A stretch of 53,060 nt of DNA from Candidatus Agathobaculum merdavium (lineage in GTDB: Bacteria; Bacillota; Clostridia; Oscillospirales; Butyricicoccaceae), in contig DXDE01000199.1 in assembly GCA_019115615.1 (NCBI GenBank), positions 1-53,060 of the forward strand. The letters are read 5' to 3'. The notes beneath the pieces were generated by a model. It saw only the letters and a list, made by a program, of their open reading frames with translations. It made no database searches and had not been told where the DNA came from. Every line of letters starts with the position of its first letter. The stretch's first letter is position 1. The translations under genes and the position numbers were made by a program. Shown here piece after piece: positions 24,259 to 33,453 of this stretch.

Positions 24259-24873
24259 ATGACGTATTTTTCTTATTCAACGGTTGAGACCGATTATCTG
24301 TCCGCACGTGACCCGGCGCTCGGCGCGGTGATCGCGCGCATCGGGCATATCGACCGTGAAGTTATCCCCAACCTGTTTACCGCTTTGATCAACTCGATCG
24401 CCGGACAGCAGATCTCGGGCAAGGCACTTGCAACCGTTTGGGCGCGGCTGTGTGACCGGCTGGGGGAAATCACGCCGGACAGCGTGCTTGCGGCAGGGGA
24501 GGATGGTCTGCGCGCCTGCGGTCTATCCGGCCGCAAGGCGGGTTATATGCTGGCGGCGGCGCGCGCTGTGCAGGACGGCACGCTCAATATCCACAGCCTT
24601 GTGGATAAAACCGATACGGAGGTCATTCAAACACTGGTCGCTTTGCCGGGTGTGGGGCGGTGGACAGCGGAAATGCTGCTGATCTTCTCCCTGCAGCGGC
24701 CGGACGTGCTCGCTTTTGATGATTTCGGCATCCGCAAGGGGCTGTGCCGCCTGTACGGCTGGGACGAGGTCACGCGGGAACAGTTCGAGGACTGCCGCGC
24801 GCGGTTCTCGCCTTATGGTACGGTTGCCTCACTCTATCTGTGGGCGTTGGCGGCGGAAAAGACGGAAAAGTAA
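24259..24873 (+). CDS. DNA-3-methyladenine glycosylase (AlkA/HhH-GPD family)
   Basis: SIAGQQIS, GLSGRKAGY, LPGVGRWTAEM HhH, DDFGIR, PYGTVASLYLW. Confidence 0.92.
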   Translation: MTYFSYSTVETDYLSARDPALGAVIARIGHIDREVIPNLFTALINSIAGQQISGKALATVWARLCDRLGEITPDSVLAAGEDGLRACGLSGRKAGYMLAAARAVQDGTLNIHSLVDKTDTEVIQTLVALPGVGRWTAEMLLIFSLQRPDVLAFDDFGIRKGLCRLYGWDEVTREQFEDCRARFSPYGTVASLYLWALAAEKTEK

Positions 24874-24888
24874 TTGGAAAAGCACAAC

Positions 24889-24921
24889 AAAAAAGGACGG
24901 CGAAAAGCCGTCCTTTTTTTT
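24889..24921. terminator. bidirectional terminator
   Basis: A-run GGACGGC-GAAAA-GCCGTCC T-run between convergent genes. Confidence 0.85.
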
Positions 24922-24929
24922 CGGTTCAA

Positions 24930-25595
24930 TCATCGCAGACTGTCGCCCGCAAGCGCGCGCAGACGGTCTTCGTCCAGCAGGGTGACGCTGCCGCGCCCAA
25001 GCTTGACCAGCCCCTCGCTTTGGAAATACTTGAGCAGCCGCGTGACCACCTCGCGCGCGCTGCCGAGGTAAGCGGCGATGCGCTCGTGCGTCAGATGCAG
25101 CGTGTCGCTGTCGCCCAGTCCGCGCTCCTCGATCAGAAACGCCGCCAGACGGCAGTCCAGCTTATGATACAGCAGCTGATCCATCAGCCACATCACGTCG
25201 GAAAACCGCGCGGCCATCAGTTCGTTGGTGAACGCCGATACAGCAGGGGACTGCTGCATCACGGTCTGGTACACATCCGCCGGAATGACGAAAACCTCGC
25301 AGTCGGTCTCGGCGGCGAGCATCACGTCAAAATCCAGCCCGCGCAGCGCGCACGATGCGGAAAGCAGGCACACGTCGCGCTCGAGCAGGCGGTACAGCGT
25401 CAGTTCGCGTCCGTCAGCCGACAGCATATAGGCGCGCACGCGGCCGGAAACGACCACGATCAGGCCGGTGCATGTGCCGCCTTCGTGCAGCATCGCCCCG
25501 CGCGCAAAGCGGTGCAGGACAGCCGCGTTTTCCAGCTGCACGCGCTCCGCAGCGGTCAGCTTATTCCAAAAGGGCAGATACTCCCCGATGTGCAT
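24930..25595 (-). CDS. Crp/Fnr family transcriptional regulator
   Basis: SGRVRAY...GRELTLY cNMP-like domain; THERIAAYLGSAREVVTRLL HTH. Confidence 0.93.
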   Translation of the reverse strand: MHIGEYLPFWNKLTAAERVQLENAAVLHRFARGAMLHEGGTCTGLIVVVSGRVRAYMLSADGRELTLYRLLERDVCLLSASCALRGLDFDVMLAAETDCEVFVIPADVYQTVMQQSPAVSAFTNELMAARFSDVMWLMDQLLYHKLDCRLAAFLIEERGLGDSDTLHLTHERIAAYLGSAREVVTRLLKYFQSEGLVKLGRGSVTLLDEDRLRALAGDSLR

Positions 25596-25686
25596 ACTTA
25601 TGTCCTCCCCTGCGGGACGGACGCCCCGCGGTCATTTGCTAACAGTATAGCGCATCCGGCGGCAAAACACAAACAAAAGCCGTGGT

Positions 25687-27861
25687 TTAACCCGGATAGT
25701 CGCTCAATGCAAGCAGCTTGCCGGTTTTGAGGTATTCGATTTGCAGCGCCTGCTGGATGCAGCGCCGCGTGACCGGCGTGCCCGCCGCAGCCGCGGCATA
25801 GGCCGCCGAAATCGCGACCGATTTGATGTTGCTGCCTGCGAACTCGAATTTGTCGGCAAGCTCCGCAAAGTTCACGCCCCGGTCGACCGGCAGCTCGGGC
25901 GGGAACACGCTGCGCCAGATGCGTTCGCGTGTGTCACGGTCGGGCATGGGGATGTTGATGTAATAGGTCATGCGGCGGCGGAACGCCTCGTCAAAATTGC
26001 GGGCGTTGTTGGTCGCAAGAATGGTGATGCCCGGGAACTGCTCGATGCGCTGCAGCAGGTAGGCGGTTTCGACGTTGGCGTATTTGTCCTTGCTGTCGCC
26101 GACCTCGGTGCGCTTGGAAAAGAGCGCGTCGGCCTCATCAAAGAACAGGATGCAGTTGACGCCGTCAGCCGTGTCGAACAGGCGGCCGAGGTTCTTTTCA
26201 GTCTCACCGATGTACTTGTCGACAATCTGCGACAGGTCGACGCGGAACAGGTCGATGCCGACCTCGCGCGCGAGCACTTGCGCGGCCATGCTCTTGCCCG
26301 TGCCGGGCGGGCCATAGAGCAGCACGGAAATGCCCTGCCCATAGGGCAGGCGGCGGGAAAAACCCCAGCTTTCGTTTACCTGATAGAGGTACTGGATGCG
26401 TGTGCACGCGCTGCGCAGCATGTGGGCGGCTTCGTCCGGCACCTGCAGGTCGTCCCACGTGAAGGGGGAGCGCAGATGCTGCGCCAACCCGCCCAGACGG
26501 CTGCGCGCCTGCTGGCGCAGTGCGTCCGCGACCAGCTGCAGCAAGGGCGGCGTGCCGTCGTGATGCGCCGCGTCGCGCGCAATCGTGCGTGAAAGCGTGC
26601 GGATTTCCGCCGCGCTCAGGCGGTAGCGCCCGGCGAGCGCGTCAAGGTCGTTTTCAGAGAAGGCAATGCCCGCTTCGTGGCCAAAATAGTCCCAGAGCGC
26701 ATGCCGCTCGCGCACATCGGGCAGCGGCAGCTCGACCGATTGGAAGTCGGTGCCGGATTCGTGCGGCAAATCCCACGGCTTATCTGCGCTGAGTACAACC
26801 AGCGGGAAAAACGGCTGCAACTGCCGCAGCGCACGCAGCGCCAGCGCACGACCTGCCGCGTCGTCAACCGGGATATGGTTCAGGCAAGGGATACAGCCGT
26901 CGAGCAGGCAGCGCAGTGCAAAGCGGCGCAGCAGTTCGCCCGACGTATCGCCGGAAAGCGCTTCGATATCGATTTCGCAGGCGCGCAGGTCGGCCTGCCG
27001 CGCCATTTGCGCCAACGCAAAGCTCCTGCCGCAGCCGGACGGGCCAAACAGCAGCAGCACACCGGTGTGCGCGCCGTCCTGCGGCTGCAACGCATCGTCC
27101 AGAAAGGCCGCGCCCGCGTCGATCTGGCGCTCGTGCCAGAGGACAGGCGCATCCCCGTCGGACAGCACGCGCGTCTGGCCGTCCAGATCGTCGATGCCCG
27201 CGTCCCGTACGCCGGTCAGCTCATAGAGCAGCTGCCGGGGCACGGCGAGCGGCCGCGCCAGCGCCGAGCGCGACGCATCCTCCTGCCAGTCGGTCAGCAG
27301 CAGCGCATTGACCGGGCGCTGCCGGTCGAGCATGCCGTAAATCTCGTCCTGCCCAACCGGCGCGAGCAGCGAAAACAGGTCGGCTGCAAGGCCGAGCGTG
27401 GCGCGCGCCGCCTGCGGGTCGCCCTGCAATGCGGCGAAGACCTGCTCAAAGCGGCGGTCGAGGTCGGGGCAGAGCGCGAGCAGCAGACAGAAGGCCTCGA
27501 AATCACTTAGAGCAAACCGCTCGGCGATCGCGGCAAAGGGCAGCGAAATGCCCGCGTTCCGCGACGCCCGTGTGCGTGCGCGGATATGCGCCGCGGCCTG
27601 TACGGCTTCGGGCATCGGCTCAATCGGCATCGGCGGCGCGCTGCGCGCCTGCAGCGCGGCAAGGATATCCCCCGCAGGGACGGTCATGCCGCGCAGCGCG
27701 TAGGGCGTATCGATGCTCTCGCGCAGCTCGGTATAGACCAGACAAAGGATGCCGGTCAGGCGGAGCAGATCGTCGGCCAGTGCCTGCGCGTCCGGATAGG
27801 GCATGTCGGACGGGCACGCGTCCGCCAGCAGAGAAAACAGGTCGTCACGCGGTTCGGTCAT
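25687..27861 (-). CDS. tandem AAA+ ATPase resembling the Pvc15/Afp15 contractile-injection-system ATPase
   Basis: N-terminal FALSDFEAFCLLLALCPDLDRRFEQVFAALQGD segment; degenerate AAA1 (GPSGCGRS); intact AAA2 with GPPGTGKS (26290-26313), KYIGETEKNL, LFFDEADALFSKR, DKYANVETAYLLQRIE; start ATG 27861 after AAAGGGGG. Confidence 0.82.
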   Translation of the reverse strand: MTEPRDDLFSLLADACPSDMPYPDAQALADDLLRLTGILCLVYTELRESIDTPYALRGMTVPAGDILAALQARSAPPMPIEPMPEAVQAAAHIRARTRASRNAGISLPFAAIAERFALSDFEAFCLLLALCPDLDRRFEQVFAALQGDPQAARATLGLAADLFSLLAPVGQDEIYGMLDRQRPVNALLLTDWQEDASRSALARPLAVPRQLLYELTGVRDAGIDDLDGQTRVLSDGDAPVLWHERQIDAGAAFLDDALQPQDGAHTGVLLLFGPSGCGRSFALAQMARQADLRACEIDIEALSGDTSGELLRRFALRCLLDGCIPCLNHIPVDDAAGRALALRALRQLQPFFPLVVLSADKPWDLPHESGTDFQSVELPLPDVRERHALWDYFGHEAGIAFSENDLDALAGRYRLSAAEIRTLSRTIARDAAHHDGTPPLLQLVADALRQQARSRLGGLAQHLRSPFTWDDLQVPDEAAHMLRSACTRIQYLYQVNESWGFSRRLPYGQGISVLLYGPPGTGKSMAAQVLAREVGIDLFRVDLSQIVDKYIGETEKNLGRLFDTADGVNCILFFDEADALFSKRTEVGDSKDKYANVETAYLLQRIEQFPGITILATNNARNFDEAFRRRMTYYINIPMPDRDTRERIWRSVFPPELPVDRGVNFAELADKFEFAGSNIKSVAISAAYAAAAAGTPVTRRCIQQALQIEYLKTGKLLALSDYPG

Positions 27862-27901
27862 GGTTTTTCCCCCTTTGCAGCAAGCATGATGGATTGGTTT
27901 C

Positions 27902-28021
27902 ATTATAGCAAGCGCTGCGCCGCCGCGCAACGGCAGGCGGGTACAGGATTCTTAAGCCTTTCTAAAAAATGGACGGCAGGCCGGGTTTGCTGTTTCCAAA
28001 TCCTGTGCCGTCGTGTATAAT
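27902..28021. promoter_or_regulatory. divergent promoter region for the ATPase and the ART-like gene
   Basis: TGCTATAAT on the minus strand (27910-27902); TATAAT on the plus strand (28016-28021). Confidence 0.55.
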
Positions 28022-28087
28022 CGAGATAGGAAACAGGAAAAACAGCTGAAAATCCACACAGACAGGCGCAGGAAAGAAGGGAACAGG

Positions 28088-31006
28088 ATGCCGTTCGATA
28101 CAAGTACGCTCATCGGCAGCAGAGAGATGGAGGATTATCAGAACAGTATTTATCTGCGGGAGCGCGGCGAGCGAAATGAAGCCATTGCGCGGCACAGCGA
28201 GCACCTGCGCCGCACCGGCCGTACTGCCAAGGACGAGTTTCTGAGCAAAATCTGGTCGGATGGGCAGACCGAGCCGGGTGGCGCTTCGGCGGCATACCAG
28301 CGGATCGTGTCCATGCTGGAAAAAATGGACGATTATATGGATGAAACCGTCACCTTTGAGAATTTGGAGGCGATCCAGCAGGGCATGCTGCAGAATTACA
28401 GCATGATGCTGTATTTTTGCGATGAATATCTGAAAAAACGCAGCGGCCGCCGCTTCACCGCGCAGGGGCGGAAGCGGCAGCAGCTGGTGCAGGATTTGCG
28501 GCAGAAAATCGAGGACGAAGCCCTGATGCTGCAGAACGGGCTGGACGAGATACCTGCCGAGGGCGAGGGCAAAACGCTGCGCAGTATGTTGACCGGCGCG
28601 CAGCCGCTCAATCCCATCATCGCGCGGGCGCGCGATTTCAGCCTGCCCAGCTCCTATCAGGAGGAGGAAGAGCAAGCGGCAAGCGCCGGAACGGGTGCGG
28701 AAGCGGGTGCCGTAGAGAGTGCCGCGGCAGAAAGTGCGGACAGCGCGCACAGCCCCGAACAAGCGCCCGAGGGGTCAATGCAGCGCTTGACGGATGGGGT
28801 TGAACCGGAACACGCCGGGGAGGCAAATCCGTCCGATGCGCGTCCGGCAGCCGGGCTGGTCGAGGGTACACTGGCACATCTGCGCATGCGCCGCCGCGAG
28901 CTGCGGCAGGACGCCTCCCTCGACAAGGATCAGAGCGCGACTATTCAGATCCTGCTCGAGCAGATCGACCGTTCGGTTGTGCGCGGCGAGCAGGCGCTTG
29001 CCGCCGACCTGCTCGACCGGGTCACTGAGCTGTGCGGCGACGCACCGCAGGACAGCACGCTGGGACTGCTGGCGCAGTCCTGCCGGGCGTTCAAGCAGGA
29101 AAACGGTTTGCAGGGCAGCGGCGAGGACGAAGCGTATGAAAGCAGCATGACGCTGTCTAGCCGCGCGTTCGGGGGCGACGAAGCCGCCCAGAATGCGTTT
29201 CCGGAATACCTGCATCTGCCTGCCGACACCGTGCGGCAGATGATGGTGCGCGCAGCGGAAGCGTCGGACGCAGGGCAGCTGCCGTCCGGCCGGGAACAGA
29301 CCTTGATCGGTCAGGGGCAGATCAATGAGACAAACCGGATGCTGCGCATGCAGCAGCGCCGCCTGCAAGGGGCGGGCGCGTCGCCCGCCGCGCCGTTCCA
29401 ATTCAGCGATGCGATGTACCGGCAGGCGATGCAGACAGCCGATCAGTGGGAGCGCATGGCGGATGCTGTCCGTTTGCCGGGCAAAGCGCGTCTGCACCGC
29501 ATGCTGAATGTCAGCTATCTGAGCAATACGCTGGGCATCCCGACAGAGGGCGGGGAAGCGCTGCCCCGGGGCGCAGTACGCCGGATCAATATGCAGGCCG
29601 GTAAAATCGTGATGGAAAGCGGGTTCATGCGCACCAGCTTTGCCGCGGATAAGACCCGCGCGGATCTGCCGATCCTGCTGACGCTGCTGTGCGACGAGGG
29701 CACGCCCGTGCTGCCGACCGGCAATATGGCGCAGGGCGAGATGCTGCTCGGACGCGGCACAAGCTATATGATTTTGGGCGCGGTGCAGCATGGTGCGGAG
29801 AATGCGCTGCAGCTGCCGACCACGCATGGCCGCTTTGCCAACCAGCAGACCGAGGGCAAAGAAGGCTCGGGCGCATTTCAGGGTATTGAGATCATTGCGA
29901 AGGTCGCCGGGCCGATGGCCGCATGGCCGCAGCCGGCGGAACAGCCCGCCGCGGCTGCGCAGCAGGAGGAAGAACTTCCCGAGCGGCCGGACAGACCCGC
30001 GCCGCGCCCGGCAGAACTGGTCGCCGCAGGCGCGCCGCCCGCCGCGCTGCTGGAACGCCAGCGGCAAAGACCGCTGCCGCCCACTCCGGTGCAGCAGGAG
30101 GAAGAACTTCCCGAGCGGCCGGACAGGCCCGCGCCGCGTCCGGTGGAAGAGGAACGTGCGGCAGAAGCCGCCGCACCCATTCCGCAGCCGGAAGTAGAAA
30201 GCCGTGCGGCTGCGCCGCGTGTGCGGACAAGAAAGAAATTGACGGCGGAGCAAAGAAGACAGTTGGCAATCCGCAGAGTAGCGTTTGCCGGCTTGTTGAC
30301 AAAGCGGGATGCCTACGATCAGCAGATAGGCAGCGCGAAAACCTATGAAAGCAGCATGCAGACCATCGCGAATTTGCTCAATCGGGGAATCGGTCGGGAA
30401 GATCGCGCGGTGCTGCGTGAGGTCAGCATGAGCCGTGAGGATATTCCGGCGGATCAGGCGGAAATTCTGCGGGATGCGTTCCAGAAAATCACGCTGCCGA
30501 TGGCAATGGATACTTACCGCACCGTACAGGGTGAATTTTTGGCCGATCTGGTCATGAACTGTGACCAGCTGACGCTGGAAGAGCAGTCTGATATCATACA
30601 GGAGGACGGCATGCCGGATGCGCATTGGCTCGCGCAGGAGGAAAATCGGCAGAAGCTGATCGGTACTGCGATCCAGAGGCCGGATTCTATGCGGACATTG
30701 CTCAGCCGGAGACACGCTGCAGCCGAGGCGGTGCAGGCGGATCAGCAGTCGGCAGAGCCTCAGTCGGGCTTGTCCAGATTGTTCGGCAAGATCCGCGGGG
30801 GCAAAAAGCGCGCAGGCAGGCCGGAGGACGAACGGGCAAAGCGGCACATGATGATTGTTCACCTGCCCGCCGGTGCGCATGCACTCTGGACTGGTGCGGA
30901 GGGTGGCTATGCGCTGCATATCGCGCCGGACAGCGTTTATGTGTTGGAGGAGATCCGCGTCAACGCTGCGGGTGCGTACGAGCTGGTCATGCGCTGCCGC
31001 CGATAA
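28088..31006 (+). CDS. 972-aa multidomain protein with two ADP-ribosyltransferase (VIP2/C3-like) folds; putative toxin effector
   Basis: Domain 1: INETNRMLR, LHR (29492-29500), GFMRTS (29621-29638), QGE (29732-29740) in R-S-E order. Domain 2: TYR...MIVHLPAGAHAL without a catalytic Glu. No signal peptide seen. Confidence 0.72.
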   Translation: MPFDTSTLIGSREMEDYQNSIYLRERGERNEAIARHSEHLRRTGRTAKDEFLSKIWSDGQTEPGGASAAYQRIVSMLEKMDDYMDETVTFENLEAIQQGMLQNYSMMLYFCDEYLKKRSGRRFTAQGRKRQQLVQDLRQKIEDEALMLQNGLDEIPAEGEGKTLRSMLTGAQPLNPIIARARDFSLPSSYQEEEEQAASAGTGAEAGAVESAAAESADSAHSPEQAPEGSMQRLTDGVEPEHAGEANPSDARPAAGLVEGTLAHLRMRRRELRQDASLDKDQSATIQILLEQIDRSVVRGEQALAADLLDRVTELCGDAPQDSTLGLLAQSCRAFKQENGLQGSGEDEAYESSMTLSSRAFGGDEAAQNAFPEYLHLPADTVRQMMVRAAEASDAGQLPSGREQTLIGQGQINETNRMLRMQQRRLQGAGASPAAPFQFSDAMYRQAMQTADQWERMADAVRLPGKARLHRMLNVSYLSNTLGIPTEGGEALPRGAVRRINMQAGKIVMESGFMRTSFAADKTRADLPILLTLLCDEGTPVLPTGNMAQGEMLLGRGTSYMILGAVQHGAENALQLPTTHGRFANQQTEGKEGSGAFQGIEIIAKVAGPMAAWPQPAEQPAAAAQQEEELPERPDRPAPRPAELVAAGAPPAALLERQRQRPLPPTPVQQEEELPERPDRPAPRPVEEERAAEAAAPIPQPEVESRAAAPRVRTRKKLTAEQRRQLAIRRVAFAGLLTKRDAYDQQIGSAKTYESSMQTIANLLNRGIGREDRAVLREVSMSREDIPADQAEILRDAFQKITLPMAMDTYRTVQGEFLADLVMNCDQLTLEEQSDIIQEDGMPDAHWLAQEENRQKLIGTAIQRPDSMRTLLSRRHAAAEAVQADQQSAEPQSGLSRLFGKIRGGKKRAGRPEDERAKRHMMIVHLPAGAHALWTGAEGGYALHIAPDSVYVLEEIRVNAAGAYELVMRCRR
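29959..30143 (+). repeat. 53-bp intragenic direct repeat, two copies (29959-30011, 30091-30143), encoding QQEEELPERPDRPAPRP
   Basis: Copies differ at 2 synonymous positions. Confidence 0.92.
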
Positions 31007-31010
31007 AAGC

Positions 31011-31049
31011 AAAAGAAAAAGCGACTTGTTCAAACAAGTCGCTTTTTTT
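31011..31049. terminator. bidirectional terminator between the ART-like gene and tRNA-Leu
   Basis: AAAAAGCGACTTGT-TCAA-ACAAGTCGCTTTTT. Confidence 0.85.
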
Positions 31050-31050
31050 A

Positions 31051-31135
31051 TGGTGCGGATAGTGGGGGTCGAACCCACACGGATTTCTCCACAGGAACCT
31101 AAATCCTGCGCGTCTGCCAATTCCGCCATATCCGC
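31051..31135 (-). tRNA. tRNA-Leu (anticodon TAG)
   Basis: GCGGATA acceptor, GGAATTGGCAGAC D-arm, CAGGA-TTTAGGT-TCCTG, long variable arm, GGTTCGA, encoded CCA; promoter TTGACA (31219-31214), 17 bp, TATACT. Confidence 0.97.
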
Positions 31136-31339
31136 ATGCAGTGGGCCGCGCCGCGAAATGGAACAACCTCCACGCTGACGCGTCTTATTCAGTATATCCG
31201 TTTACCGCGGTTTTGTCAATCGCATGTAAAGTCAACCGAAGAACGCCAAAAAATATACAATTTCCAGTACCATCCCCGCGTGTTTTGTGCTATACTGAAT
31301 TTGTATATATGTATGCAGTCACAGGAACGGGAGAAATCC

Positions 31340-32674
31340 ATGAAACCGAAACGAATCACCCTCGTGCTGGCCGCGCTGCTCATGCTCAGCGGCTGCACGT
31401 TCCCGTCGGGCGACGATCTGCTCGCGGCTCCCAAGCCGTCGACCAACTACCAGACCCTGCAGGCAGAGCTGGAAGCGCGGATCGCGTCCGGCGTTTCCTA
31501 CACCGCACCCGCCGAAGGCGATAACCGCTCGTCGATCCAGCTGGTCGACCTGACGGGCGACGGCGTGGAAGAAGCGATCGTCTTTTTCCGCGGCGCGACC
31601 TCGGCCACAAGCAATGATTTTGAGGTGTATGTATACCGCAAAGAGGACGACCGCTACGTCTGCACCGGCTCGGTCACGGGCAAGGGTACGGCGATCCAGT
31701 CGGTCGACTATCCGGCGATCACACCGGACGGACGGCGCGGCATGGTTATCAGCTGGAAGCTGGCTGGAGACGGCACCGGTGCGCTGACGGTTTGTGATTT
31801 TGATGAAAATGATGCGCCGGGCGTGCTGCTCGAGACCGAGTATTCGGCCTTTGAGCTGACCGACCTGACCGGCGACGGCGCGAAGGATCTGCTGCTCATG
31901 ACGACCGCGCCGGATGGCAAGCGCGTGGCACGGCTGTACGAATACCGCTCGGGCGCACTGAACATGCTGGGCGAGGCCGCAACCAGCGCAGAGACGGTTT
32001 CGGTCGAGCGCATGCAGAACGGTCGCGTGCTGGACGAGCATGCCGCCGTGTTTGCGGAGGAAAAAATGGCAAGCGGCGTGGGTCTTACGACCGATATCTT
32101 TGTATATAACGAGGAGACGCTGCTCAATCTCGCACTGGACGGCGAGGATTCGATCAGCCGCAGTACCTACCGCCCGGTTTCGGTTTATTCCAAAGATATC
32201 AACGGCGACGGCGTGACCGAGCTGCCGCGCGCGGTGCTTATGGCCGGCTATACCGATGCGGCCGCGTCCGACGCGGTGTTCATGCTCGATTGGTACGCGT
32301 ACAGCGTCGACCAACCGCCCCAGCTGGTCACGACCACCTATCAGAATATTTCGGATTCGTGGAGCCTGTGGATCGACCCGGTCTGGCACGACCGGATCAC
32401 CGCCACCAAGGCGGCCGACAGCGGCCTGAGCGCGGTGACATTTTATGAATATGTTGGCAGCGGCGGACAGATCCCGCTGTTCACGATCTATTGTGCAACC
32501 GGTTCCAACCGGGAATACTATGCCGGCCGCACCGATCTGGTGCAGCTCGGGCAGTCGGCGCAGGCGGTTTACTTTGCGCGCATCGCAGAGGAATCGGCGC
32601 AGAGCTCGCTGGCACTCGACGGCGAGACGCTCAAGAGCCGCTTTACGCTGGTCAAGCAGGATTGGAATAACTGA
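31340..32674 (+). CDS. lipoprotein with FG-GAP/VCBS-like DxxGDG repeats, upstream of the two-component system
   Basis: MKPKRITLVLAALLMLSGC lipobox; DLTGDGVEE, DLTGDGAKD, DINGDGVTE. Confidence 0.85.
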   Translation: MKPKRITLVLAALLMLSGCTFPSGDDLLAAPKPSTNYQTLQAELEARIASGVSYTAPAEGDNRSSIQLVDLTGDGVEEAIVFFRGATSATSNDFEVYVYRKEDDRYVCTGSVTGKGTAIQSVDYPAITPDGRRGMVISWKLAGDGTGALTVCDFDENDAPGVLLETEYSAFELTDLTGDGAKDLLLMTTAPDGKRVARLYEYRSGALNMLGEAATSAETVSVERMQNGRVLDEHAAVFAEEKMASGVGLTTDIFVYNEETLLNLALDGEDSISRSTYRPVSVYSKDINGDGVTELPRAVLMAGYTDAAASDAVFMLDWYAYSVDQPPQLVTTTYQNISDSWSLWIDPVWHDRITATKAADSGLSAVTFYEYVGSGGQIPLFTIYCATGSNREYYAGRTDLVQLGQSAQAVYFARIAEESAQSSLALDGETLKSRFTLVKQDWNN

Positions 32675-32704
32675 CAGCAAGTTCAAAGGAGGATATAGCC
32701 CATC

Positions 32705-33394
32705 ATGAAGCGTAAAATACTGGTTTTGGAAGATGAGGAGAATATCCGCTCGTTTCTGGTGCTCAACCTCAAGCGCAGCGGTTACGAGGTAATAGAGGCG
32801 GAGACCGGCGAGCAGGCGCTGGAGAAATACCACGCCAATCAGGATATCGCGGTCGCAGTGCTGGACGTTATGCTGCCCGGCATCGATGGCTACGAGGTCT
32901 GCCGCGCGATGCGCGCCGCGGGCTATGCCGCGGGCGTCATTATGCTGACCGCCCGCACGCAGGAGGCCGACAAGGTCACCGGCCTGATGAACGGCGCGGA
33001 CGACTATGTCACAAAGCCGTTCTCGGTCATCGAGCTGGCCGCGCGCGTTGACGCGCTCTACCGCCGCGTATCCGGTTCGCCCTTCTCGGAGGAGGACGTG
33101 ATCAAGTCCGGCCCGTTCAAGCTCAACCTGCGCGCGCGCGAGGTGCTCAAGAACGGCATCAAGATCGAGCTGACGCAGATCGAGTACGGCCTGCTCAAAG
33201 CGTTTATGGAGAATATCGGCAAGGCGCTGTCGCGCGACGAGCTGCTGGAGATGGTCTGGGGCCACCACTATGTGGGCGAGCTGAAGATCGTCGACGTCAA
33301 CATCCGCCGCCTGCGCATCAAGATCGAGGATGATCCGGCCGAGCCGACGCACATTGTCACCGTGCGTGGCTATGGCTATATGTGGGAAGGCTGA
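32705..33394 (+). CDS. OmpR-family response regulator
   Basis: VLEDE, LDVMLPGIDG, MLTA, GADDYVTKPF, VDVNIRRLR, TVRGYGY. Confidence 0.96.
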   Translation: MKRKILVLEDEENIRSFLVLNLKRSGYEVIEAETGEQALEKYHANQDIAVAVLDVMLPGIDGYEVCRAMRAAGYAAGVIMLTARTQEADKVTGLMNGADDYVTKPFSVIELAARVDALYRRVSGSPFSEEDVIKSGPFKLNLRAREVLKNGIKIELTQIEYGLLKAFMENIGKALSRDELLEMVWGHHYVGELKIVDVNIRRLRIKIEDDPAEPTHIVTVRGYGYMWEG

Positions 33395-33453
33395 TTGGCC
33401 TTCCCACGGCGTTTTTCGCCCAAAACCGGCAGTTGCAGAAAGGCCCCCTGTTT

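Noticed and set aside
25693-25700. CGGATAGT match to the tRNA-Leu 3' region as a possible att duplication bounding the ATPase/ART block
   Set aside because: Only 8 bp, inside the ATPase coding end, and no integrase nearby; compatible with chance.
29959-30143. Direct repeat considered as a CRISPR remnant
   Set aside because: Two in-frame coding copies only; no array and no cas genes in the window.
28775-31129. 784-aa minus-strand ORF starting inside tRNA-Leu
   Set aside because: Begins within the tRNA, crosses a terminator and shadows the ART-like gene.
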